Shown here one piece after another: positions 1 through 10,865 of a stretch of DNA of 64,000 bases. Position 1 is the first letter of the stretch. The number at the start of each line of letters is the position of its first letter. The DNA lies in NCBI GenBank assembly GCA_903813345.2, contig CAIIXF020000001.1:38688001-38752000 (forward strand). Direction: 5' to 3'. Both the position numbers and the translations under genes were made by a program. Source of the DNA: Owenia fusiformis. Its lineage: Eukaryota. The notes beneath the pieces were generated by a model. That model did no database searches. It was not told the DNA's origin and saw only the letters and a list, made by a program, of their open reading frames with translations.

Positions 1-35
1 TCGGACACTCGCCCCCTGCTATTGAAAGCCCAGAT

Positions 36-655
36 ATAAGGAAATCGCTTAAGGCTATTAAGAAACCAATTTTGGCTATTTTAGCACAACCCGATCATAG
101 TAGGGAATCACTAAGGGCTATTAAAGCACAACCCGAGCATACTAGGGAATCAATTAGGGCTATTAAGAAACTAATATGGGCTATTTAAGCACAACCCAAG
201 CATACTAGGGAATCACTAAGGGCTATTAAGAAACTAATTGGGGTTATTTAAGCACAACCCGATCATACTAGGGAATCAATTAGGGCTGTTAAGAAACCGA
301 TTGGGGCTATTTAAGCACAACCCGAGCATATAAGGGAATCACTAAGGGCTATTAAGAAATCAATTGGACATTTAAAGCACAACCTGAGCATACTAGGGAA
401 TCACTAGGGGCTATTAAGAGCCAATCTAGAGGATACAAGGGAATCACTAAGGGCTATTAAGAACCAATCTAGAGGATACAAGGGAATCACTAATGGCTAT
501 TGAGAAACCAATCTGGGATATTTAAGCACAACCCGAGCATATAAGGAAATTGCTAAGGGCTATTAAGAAATCAATTTTGGCTATTTAAGCACAACCCGTT
601 CATACGAGGGAATCACTAAGGGCTATTAATGAGCCAATATTGACTGTTAAAGCAC
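36..655. repeat. Minisatellite, ~62-bp unit (aagcacaacccgagcatactagggaatcactaagggctattaagaaac...), about 10 diverged copies
   Basis: gcacaaccc and gggaatcactaagggctattaa recur at ~62-64 bp spacing, with some shortened units. Confidence 0.9.
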
Positions 656-1057
656 TAATTATCACCATTCCTGTAAGGTAGGGTCGCCATTTTTACTAAA
701 ATCTGATATTTCCTAGGAAATGTAAACAAAGTCAGGCCACGGCTGTGATCAATTGATAGTGGTGTTAATACATCAAAAGTACGGGTCATGATGCCATTAT
801 TAATATGAAAATTAGCTTATTTGAATATTGTTTTCATAAAAACATCAGAAATATTTTTTTGCTTTCATAGGGTACCAATATTAATTCAATCAACAACGTT
901 GTAGCATGAATAATGAACCATAAACTAATAGTCTTCAAATATGTCATTTGAAGAATGTAATCATATTTTCTTTATTTTCTAATGCTATTTTTACTGTTAA
1001 TGAAAATTGTATGTTGTATGTTTGGCCCTAAAAGGGCATCAGTACTAATAAATCCTA

Positions 1058-1476
1058 TTATCCTACACTTTGTGTACTAAATGTATAATAACATGAAAAA
1101 ATAAATTTGATATTTATTGGCAAAATGAATATCCGGAGGATATCGTAACGATATACTCTGGGCGGAGGATATCGTGACGATATACTCCAGAAAACCCAAT
1201 ATGCGGAGGATATTGTGACGATATATTCCGCTTGTTGATTTCCCGCCAAATGCACTCTGTTTGGCATGAAATTCATTTTACAATGATGTTATACATTCAG
1301 TACACTCCTTGTAAGTGTAGGATAATAAGAACATCCTATGATTTTTTATCAGAATATCATTTTAATCTACTCGGTGATATTGATATATGCACTTGTTCGC
1401 TTCGCTCTCTCGTGCAGATATCAATATCACCTCGTAGATAAAAATGATATTCCTCAAAATCATAGGATATCCTATA
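1058..1476. mobile_element. Non-autonomous DNA element (~420 bp) with a sub-terminal inverted-repeat pair and a long terminal hairpin; copy 1
   Basis: ttatcctacact (1058) pairs with agtgtaggataa (~1314). A ~140-nt hairpin spans ~1332-1470. A near-identical inverted copy lies at 49078-49494. Confidence 0.85.
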
Positions 1477-1576
1477 ATTATATATATATTAACTCAATTG
1501 GACAAGAACAACTGAGATATGCCCACTCTGCACTATGCTTTTCAAATTATCTTAAGATAAGAATTTATCCGAATAT

Positions 1577-3290
1577 GTCAAAAATCTCGATATATTTGAA
1601 ATATACCTTTATCTAAAAGTTTTGAATTATGACATCACAAGTACAATGATATTACTAATACATATAAGTGTTGTACAACATGTCCTAAATCATGTATTTA
1701 CACAAAATAGTTTATTCTGTAACTACTATCGGCTACAAAAGCGCATGATATGTACTTGTGTGAATTATGTCAAAATCACCAAAAATCAAGCGTTTCTATT
1801 TATATGACATCACAATGAGCCCAAAACCCCAGAAAATATGTATTTTCAACAAGTTTGTTAAATTACCTTTACAATGAAACTTTAAACATGATATGTGGTC
1901 AAAGCTTACTCACTTCGAGAGCCATGTTAGATTTTGAAACTTATGGCTCTCAAACGGAGAAGTGAACAGCTGATCAATAGTGACCTTTGAAATTGAATTA
2001 AGTCGATCCGCGGCTTACTTTTGGTCTCTTACTGTGTCTTACATCAGTATCATCAATCCGTGTAAGTATTGGAGCGCTGGAGTACTTCTTTTTCGATCAA
2101 GACTTGTAAATTGTTCATCGAGTTAAAGTTTTACAGACCTATTTCCAATATGGCGGTTTGCTAGGTGCGAGATACGCAACGAACGAAATGAATTTTGAGA
2201 ATTAGTTAGGTTCGGACAACCTCCGGAGATTTACGAAAATGTCCGAGCAGAAACCGCCATATTGGAATTTGGCAGTAAAACGATTCACTCGACTAACAAT
2301 TACAAGTCTTGATCGAAAAAGAAGTACTCCAGCGCTCCAATACTTACACGGATTGATGATACTGATGTAAGACACAGTTAGAGACCAAAAGTAAGCCGCG
2401 GATCGACTTAATTCGATTTCAAAGGTCACGATCATTGAGCTGTCCAAATGCTCCGTGGGAAAGCTATTATATCAAAATCCAAATAGCTTTCGCAGGAAGT
2501 AAGTCAAAGCGTTCTCTAGATATCTTCAAAAGTATATTTATGGACTTTAATAGTGACAACATTGCAGTTACCATGGAAACCATCATTTTTAAAAATGTTC
2601 TCACCTGTTTTGATTTATTTTAGGGATAAGGCATGTTAACACATATGCTAAGCTTTCCAACGGTACCATGATTAGCCAGTAACCTTTTCATCGATATATT
2701 AAACATAACACTATATTGTTGAGGACTTTTTAAATTATCATTGAAAATGTATAAAATGTATAATTGCCTCAAATATATCTTGATTTGTCAAAAATCTCGA
2801 TATTAGATATTTGAATTAGGCCTCTATCTCTTTGTATTATGACATCACAATCATAGTGATATTGTTTGTTCGATATACAAATATTGTGTGTTGTGTTAAG
2901 TCACTTAAAGACAAAAAATAGTTTACTTTAAGTATTGTAGCTACAGAAGCATATGATACATGTCTAAATTCTGTCAAAATCACCGAAAAATCAGCCGTTT
3001 CTAGTTTTATGACATCACAATGAGTCCAATAATCCAAAAAATACATTTTTTCAAAAACTGTGTCAAATTATCTTTACAGAGATACTTTTATCAAGACATA
3101 TGGTCAAAGCGTTATCTAGATATGTTCAAAAGTATATTCATGGGCCTTAATAGTGACAACTTTGCAGTTACCATGGAAACCAGCATTTTTAAGAACTTTT
3201 CCACCTGTTCTGAATGTTTTTAGTCATCAAGCATGTTAGTGCAGAAGTTAAGCTTTCCAACGGTACCAAGATTAGCCAGTAACCTTTCAG
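1577..3290. repeat. Degenerate ~600-bp direct repeats, interrupted by a MITE
   Basis: gtcaaagcgtt..tagata...cagttaccatggaaacc occurs at ~2503 and ~3103. The segment 1577-1905 resembles 2787-3110. Confidence 0.7.
1966..2443. mobile_element. MITE / foldback element with ~150-bp near-perfect inverted arms
   Basis: 1980-2115 is the reverse complement of ~2296-2430 (gtgacctttgaaat...gatcaagacttgtaa). Confidence 0.85.
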
Positions 3291-3427
3291 AGGTTTAATC
3301 TCTTCAAATATTGCCGGCTGCTACTCGTCTATATTGTTTTCATCACTATATCAGGGTGTATATCCTTTCATCTCAGAAACTTATACAGTTAAATGATAGT
3401 GTAGTACATAAAACGTTTGGATAATAA

Positions 3428-6400
3428 ATGTGGGGTGTACCTGTTCCAGGTTGGGGTTTGTGCCTGCTGTTGATTGGTGTGACATCTGGAGGTAAACGGC
3501 CACCATACAAATATATAGGAGACGATAATTTTACCATGGAGGACGAGAAATATTGTCCTGAGGCAATAGACTCCGTCATCTTCGATAGAGAGGTACATGT
3601 ACATGTACAGTACAGGCCAATCCATAGCCCTAAGATACGTGAACGATGTACCAAAGCCTAATATTAATGAGGACATCAGCGCAATAGACACATTTCTTGG
3701 GGCTCTGTTGGTCTGTGTGTTGGTTTATAAAGTATAAGCATCAGCATGGACGTATTAATTATCTATATATATTAATTATTAGAATTAATCAGTACCAAAG
3801 AGAACTATATCAAATGAAATATAAAACTAATTCATTTACCGTCAGAACCAACATATATCAAGATATCACGAAATGTAGAATTTCACTATTTGTTTTTATT
3901 GGGAACGCATAATCCGATAATTTATTTACAGAGAGTACAATACCACCATACACTATTTCTTGGTTTTATGAATATCATCACTCAATTGAATCATTGCAAG
4001 TAACTTTTGCATATCATACAGCATATGTAAATGCTGACATAAAAATATATCTTATGTGCATTTATCATTTCATATCGCGCATGTTTTACATACATTACTT
4101 TTCAATCCTATCTATATTGGATATCATAAAAATGAACTAATCGTCTCGCATCACAAATAGACTGTAATATGTTGTTGTTGCTTTCAATAAACGTGTCGAT
4201 CCGGCGTGTCAATGTAACTCAGTCCCATTATCTGAAGAAGAATTGATGTACCTGATCAAACATGAAACTAATTTGATTTAAGATGCAAGAATGTCAAAAT
4301 GCAATAATTTCCCCCTTTTCCTCTGTAATCGTAATACAATATATGTACAGGTAGAATGGGATATAGAAGACAGAGCAAACAAAACGTGTCCTCCAGAGTT
4401 CATGCTGACAAAATCTTCCATTCCTGGTGGTGGACAAGGTAGGTCCTCATAATCTTGGCCAAACTCATATGAGTCACATTGACCTTTAAATATATTTGCC
4501 CTCGCGACGTTGGCCTAATTAATGTGTCTCATATTAACCTTAAAGTAAATTTGACCCCAAAATGTTGACCTAATCAATATGGGTCACATTGCCCTTAAGA
4601 ATGTGTGACCTCAAAATTAATATAGGTCACATTGGCCTCAAGTCAATTTGACCTCATACTTTTTCCTAATTATATATGGGTCACATTGACCTTTATGCTG
4701 ATCTAGTAAATATGGGTCACATTGATCTCAAGTATATTTGACATCATGCTTTTGGCCTACTTAATATTTTTCACATTGACCGTGACCTTCAAAATGTTAA
4801 CCTAATTCATATTGATGTCATAATGTTGACCTTATCAATATGTGTGATATTGACCTGAAGTAGATTTGACCTCATAATATCCACCTGATTAATAAGGGCC
4901 ACATTGACCTGAAGAATATTTGATCTCATAACATTGTTACAATATTTGATCAATAGCATATTGACCTAATTATTATGAGTCACATCAACCTTACAAATGT
5001 CTGACCTCATAATGTTGGCATATTTAATTTTGGTCACACCGACCTTATGAAAATTTGACCTAATAATGTTGACCAGAATAAGATAAGTCACTTTTTTGAT
5101 ATGATCTAATATGGGTTATATGTTTAGGTATATTTGCTACTGTTAATATACCTGCTGGAGTGTGGTTGGGACCATATGATGGAGAAAGAGTCTACCAATA
5201 TAGAAAGGTTCGCTTGGATGCTGAATATGCATTTAAGGTAAGTAGTGAGATCCGGTGCATCATTCACAGAAATCCTCAGGCTGTGTGCGATCGTTATTTG
5301 AATGATGTTGTAGAAACTATATTATTGGAGTTGCAGAAAACAATGTGCAAACTATTTCTTCCAAAGTTCTATTTTCCTCGATGATTTGATTTGCAGTCAG
5401 TTTGAAATTGTAGTGTGAGAATATGAAATATTATTATCGATAAAACAAGCTTTCAATGTGGTCTGGGTGGGGTAATCAATCAATCAAAAATCAAGTATGT
5501 ATTCATTTACTATCACCCCATTGTCCTCATTTCATTTTAGGCCGCGCCTGGAGAGCCTTAAAATTTAAGGCTCTCTAGCCAAAATGCTAAAGAGCCTTAA
5601 ATTTTAAGGTTCTTTAGCAATTGGGCTAAAGAGCCTTAAATTTTAAGGCTCTTTAGCATTTTGATAGCCAATTCTGCTAGAGAGCCTTAAAGGAATTCCA
5701 GGCGACAGAAATGACGAAATATTGCTTCTGGGACAAGATCAAACGACTTTGACATATTCTATACCCAACCTATTTTGTAATTGAACAATCAGCACAATAT
5801 ACATACCATATTAGCAGATATCGGACAAATTCAAAAAGAAATTTTTTTGATCGATAAAATCACTGATACTAAACCGGAAGTGACTTCTCTGAGGTCCGCG
5901 AAGATGAAGAAGATAACATAAAGATTTCAGTCATTTCAACTAACTTTGCCGTCGATTTGAATGGTTTTAAATGATCTTCTAATGCTTACTATGACTTCTA
6001 TTAGTACTGTTTTGACTTCCCCACTTCATAAAAAAACATTATCACTTTTTGCTCGACTCATAAATTTACTTCCGGTCTACCGAGAGAAATAAAAGAACCT
6101 TTTCAATCCCCAGTCTAAATTTGGCTTTTTAAAGGTTCAAACATCGACTTTGAAAAGTAAATGTTTGTTTGTTTGATGTTCATGCATATATCGAAAATAT
6201 ATGTCTCTGGTTCACCAGGGAAGGTGTAAGACCAGGCAATCACGTGATAGCCAGAAAAAATGTTATTTTTACCATTTTATCCACTATAAATCGCAACGTC
6301 CGTTTAGTAAAGATTTTGATGTATAGACATTTATTGATGGATTGGAGGCTAGGATAAAAATGTTGTTGTTGTGTTGCATAAGCCGCTGTTTTCTCGACAG

Positions 6401-7946
6401 TTCACCTCTTGTACTGTAAATTTTCTTTGTGCTGTCTCATGTGCTTAAATTCTGAGGAAGATCTGAGACTAACATATTTTATGTTAGTCTCAGGGAAGAT
6501 GCAAAAAATATCTCGTCACGTGAAAAATTCTAAAATCAGCATTGAAATCTAATAGGCAATAGATTTGGAAGTGTATTCTGTGATGTCCCTGCATTCACGA
6601 TAAACTGCGTCAAGATGTGCTGATCTAGAAGAAACAAGATCCTTTTTCATCCCCAGGTCTTCATCATACTTTTTGCCATCTTAAAATGGGGTTCCCTGTA
6701 TTTTCTTGACTATAGCAAAGCCGATACAAGTGATTAATTTCATTAAACATTGATGATTGAGCGATGGAGCAAGCCCAAGAATTCTAGAAAAAATTGTGTA
6801 CATAATTTCCGGACATCAGAGAACCGGGCAGAGAACAATATCTGGCTTGTTATTCAAAATAAAAAGTGCTCCATCGGGGAATCGAACCCACGCCGCAGAA
6901 GTGGAAAGCGAGTACCCTAACCACTATACCAGAGTGTTTTTCCGTGATGGGGCCAATTTTTTTGCAACTCTATAGTGATATACATGTGTGAAATTTTTAA
7001 GTGGCATTCTGGGTTGAAAAACTTTCGAGAGTGTTGTTTTATTGTTTAGATGACGAAAACTTCAATAAAAAACAATATAAACACGGATTATAAACACAAA
7101 GGCTCTCTAGCCAAAACACTATGTTCACAGCTAAATAGCCTTAAATTTTAAGGCTCTTTAGCATTTTGGCTAAAGAACCTTAAATTTTAAGGTACTCCAG
7201 ACACTTCGTTCATTTTAATCTGTTATGCATTTCAGGTGAAAGTGAATAGTCATGTTTACATGTACATTGATGCCTGGAATCCAAGAACTTCCAATTGGAT
7301 AAGATACATCAACGCTGCATTGGATATGGTACAACAAAATGTAGAATTCTTACAATGCTATGACAAGGTGACTGGAGTTTCTTTATTTACATTTTTCTTG
7401 ACTCATTTCGATGTTGAGGTTTGTAATACCATTCAAAATGGCCGCTTCAAGATGGGCATCTTCTCTTGATATGTATGAAAATATACAAATAAAAATAAAT
7501 GAACAGAACAAAAACTCAAGTGTCACAAACATTGGACTTTAAGGAAATTAAGTCCAATTGTGATAATATACCCTTTTAGCCTTTTGCCTCACGTATAAAA
7601 TTTTGCCTTGCCTGATTTCAGATCCTGGCTACGCCCCTTATACAGTACTTTATATCACGATGAAAATTATTGGGAAATGTGGTTGTTTGAACCATGTAAT
7701 ACATCAAACCTCTAATCTATTTTATTCATATGTTTTTAGATTTACTATCACACCATTAAGCCAATCCCTGCTGGTACTGAGGTGTTAGTCTTCTATGGAC
7801 ATGGCTATGTATTTGCTAATCATAAGATAGATATGTACTCCTACTGCAAGTGGTACAATGGGACATTCTACCAATCAATAGACTCAAACTTTATATGTGA
7901 TAGGATAAAAACAAAGAGACAACTAACATGTGATATACCATTATAA
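3428..7946 (+). CDS. Stand-alone PRDM7/9-like PR/SET-domain protein with a signal-peptide-like N-terminus (233 aa, 5 exons)
   Basis: Exons 3428-3592, 4351-4438, 5128-5237, 7236-7367, 7740-7946, all GT-AG and phase-compatible. PR/SET motifs: EDRANKTCP..SSIPGGGQGIFA, LGPYDG, IDA..SNWIRYIN, IYYHTIKPIPAGTEVLVFYGHGY. An in-frame TAA lies directly before the ATG. No C2H2 fingers before the stop. Confidence 0.85.
4470..5075. repeat. Degenerate minisatellite built from ggtcacattgacct-like units, in intron 2 of the PR/SET gene
   Basis: Many recurrences of gtcacattgacct, ttgacctcata and gttgacctaa. Confidence 0.7.
5549..7200. mobile_element. ~1.65-kb non-autonomous TIR element filling most of intron 3 of the PR/SET gene
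   Basis: Left end ctggagagccttaaaatttaagg matches right end ccttaaattttaaggtactccag. The palindrome gagccttaaattttaaggctc is reiterated sub-terminally at both ends. Confidence 0.8.
6867..6936 (-). pseudogene. tRNA-derived (Gly/Glu-like) pseudogene or SINE head
   Basis: Minus strand shows A box TGGTATAGTGG, B box GGTTCGATTCC and a following T5 run. The acceptor and anticodon stems do not pair. Confidence 0.65.
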
Positions 7947-8105
7947 ATCTAGGAAATCATAATTAGGTCTGAATAGTGCCATACTGAGTCTACACAGACA
8001 ACATGTGATATACCATTATAAATCTAGGAAATCATAATTAGATCTGAATAGTGCCATACTGAGTCTACACAGACAACATGTGATATACCACTATAAATCT
8101 AGAAA
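7926..8105 (+). repeat. 75-bp tandem repeat (~2.4 copies) spanning the stop codon of the PR/SET gene
   Basis: acatgtgatatacca at 7926, 8001 and 8076. Confidence 0.9.
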
Positions 8106-8841
8106 ATCTGTTTTTTACAAGTTTAGTTTCTGTATGTGTTATAATCACCAAAATTCAGTGCATACCTGTAGTGTGTACTATTTTTGCGTATTTTTGGTAT
8201 AGCTGTAGTATTTGTGAGTATAGTATTTTATTGTGAGTGTTCAGTCAGCACAATTATGTGCATTTTCAGCAAAATAAGGTAAAAAATTAAAAATTTGATT
8301 AGAACTGTCTTTTGCACTGTGTATATTGCAGAATTGAAATTAAGGTATTTTCAAATAGGTGGCACTGATTCTGCCTATTGAATATACAAATCTTATGTGA
8401 CGTTTATCAGCATGTTTGTTTTAAATAGTAGTACTAATATAAGACTAACTGCCACACATTATTATGCAATGCAATAAAGTGCAGTAAAACAAAGTCTCAA
8501 TTTTACAATTTTTATCAATGATATACTAGATTTATTTCATCATTATATTTTACAAGAATAAACATATTTAATATCAACAGTTATACCAATATTTATATAT
8601 TTATTGCAGATATGCAGATGTTTTCTTTTATCCACAATATATAATTAATATTATACTATAAAATTGTACAATGAAACTGAGAACAACTCTAAGTTGAAAA
8701 GTTCTAGAATAAAGTTGAAACTCCTATAATTTTTGGGATAATATCAGTCTTTCTTTTTAAGCTGATCACATTAAAAGTTGAACACATGTTTTACTGTTAC
8801 AAATATGATACAATGAATGTATCTTAAGGGGTCAACTATTA

Positions 8842-9050
8842 TACTGTATAAGTGGTAGTTTCGCCTAATCATTTATTTTGCCTATTGCCTAATTTTTGCC
8901 ATGTCCGGAAAATTAAATGTCGGAAATATTATCTTCGTAATGTTATCCAATGGGAAGGTTCTTGTCATTAGGAAAATCAAAATTAGGAAAATTATAAAAT
9001 TTGACCATTCAGCAAATTAATCACTCGGATTAAGTACCACTTATACAGTA
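8842..9050. mobile_element. MITE with TIR tactgtataagtggta and TA ends
   Basis: tactgtataagtggta (8842) pairs with taccacttatacagta (ends 9050). Confidence 0.8.
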
Positions 9051-10384
9051 TCTTGGGGATTCATATACTAGTACTCTTTACTGGACAAAGAGCTCCACAA
9101 TATTTCACAGATTTGAATGAGTCTCTGCATTGAGTTGGTTAGCCCCTGGGTTTTAGCAGATTTTTCTTAATGCCTATGTTTCTCTTTACATCTATGAATT
9201 TATACATGTAATTTCAATATGAAACTTTTCTATACATATTGTACATGCTTAAAACAAAACAAACAGTAGCATGTGAACTTATGTTCTGTAAAAGTAACAT
9301 TACTATTTACATTGAATCTACATTTAGAAAATATACTTTATGGAAATTATCTATAGAAATATAAAATATGTTTGAACTAGCATTTATACAAGGGCCTATA
9401 TATAAAATACACTAAAAGTTAAAATGATCATGAACCTATCAATACAAGTATTATGACTAAAATATATTTTACAAAGGTACACCAGGGGCCAGCTTAGATT
9501 GGGTCACTGCTTCGCAAATCATACTTTAACCCATTGATCAACTAGGATGGTTATGTTTTTATATAGCTATTCAGCTTTTTAAATGATGACGATAAAAAAT
9601 ATTTTAGCTGACCCCTCCCTTCATTACGGAAATAGTCTGAGACTGGTCCTTGTATAGCAGTAGGTAATATTTCATGACAAGGTTCATTAAAAGTTAATCA
9701 GCCCTATTTCCAGTAATAAGTCCACAGTACTCAAACATTTTTAATGTTGCATATTGCACATAAACACTTGCGTAGCTCTGATACAGGAGTACAAGTGAAG
9801 TTAGCAACTATAAGGTATTGAATGGTTAAATATTCAAACAATCTTTACAATTTAGATACTTGCCACGTATGCAATCTTGTATGCAGCAGCAGTTTTTTTC
9901 GAATTATTTTATCAGAGTCACCTGTTGTTTTGAGGAACCTTCCATGAAAATACTAGTTCATGTATTTCCAATAATTTTGCACATTGTTTTCATCTGCTTG
10001 TATTATGTCAAACATTCTAGTGAAAACCCTGTAATGCTATACCATAATGAATCTCCCAATTAATAAAAATTAGGCCACCATTTGTGGTGATATACTTGAA
10101 TATTTCAGGGGAAAATGCCTCATGTTCTGTGGGATATTAAATCATACATGCCTGAAACCCTGGAACATCAAGATTAGAGTATATTAAAACAATATAATAT
10201 ATTGTTTTTGACACTATTCTTTGTTAATAGCAGTGGAACAAGTTGTTTTGACTTGTAATATTTTGCATTATAGGAAAATGGTTAGTCCCCCACAATGTAG
10301 CACTCATTCCCTAAGTACTTATGATGTTAACATGGACTAGATCATATAAAAATATCATGTTAACAAACCGGTTTCTCTGAGGGG

Positions 10385-10776
10385 CTGCATGAGAACAATT
10401 CCTTGTCCAAAGTGTGGCCTGCATGAGAACAATATCTTGTCCAAAGTGTGGCTTGCATGAGAAACAATTTCTCGTCCAAAGTTTGATCTGCATGAGAAAA
10501 ATTTCTTGTCCAAAGTTTGGCCTGCATGAGAAAAATTTCTTGTCCAAAGTTTGGCCTGCATGAGAACAATTTCTTGTCCAAAGTTTGGCCTGCATGAGAA
10601 CAATTTCTTGTCCAAAGTTTGATCTGCATGAGAAAAATTTCTTGTCCAAAGTTTGGCCTGCATGAGAACAATTCTTCGTCCAACGTTTGGCCTGCATGAG
10701 AACAATTTCTTGCCAAAATTTTGGCCTACATGAGAACAATTTGTTGTCCAAAGTTTGGCCTGCATGAGAACAATTT
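10385..10776. repeat. 34-bp minisatellite (ctgcatgagaacaatttcttgtccaaagtttggc), ~11-12 copies, in the predicted SNX17 3' UTR
   Basis: gcatgag recurs every ~34 bp, beginning ~90 bp downstream of the SNX17 stop codon. Confidence 0.95.
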
Positions 10777-10865
10777 ATTGTCCCGATTTTGTTACAGTAG
10801 CTCTGAACAAAAGATATAACATAATCTGCCACCTCCTTAGCTGATGTCATTATTGTTATACGGGG

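Noticed and set aside
36..655. Regularly spaced repeats resembling a CRISPR array
   Set aside because: The intervening sequences are themselves repeated (no unique spacers), there are no cas genes, and the context is eukaryotic; it is a minisatellite.
6867..6936. Functional tRNA gene
   Set aside because: The acceptor and anticodon stems cannot pair; kept only as a tRNA-derived pseudogene.
10311..10850. Three overlapping 118-179 aa ORFs as protein-coding genes
   Set aside because: They are by-products of a stop-free 34-bp tandem repeat and contain no recognisable domain.
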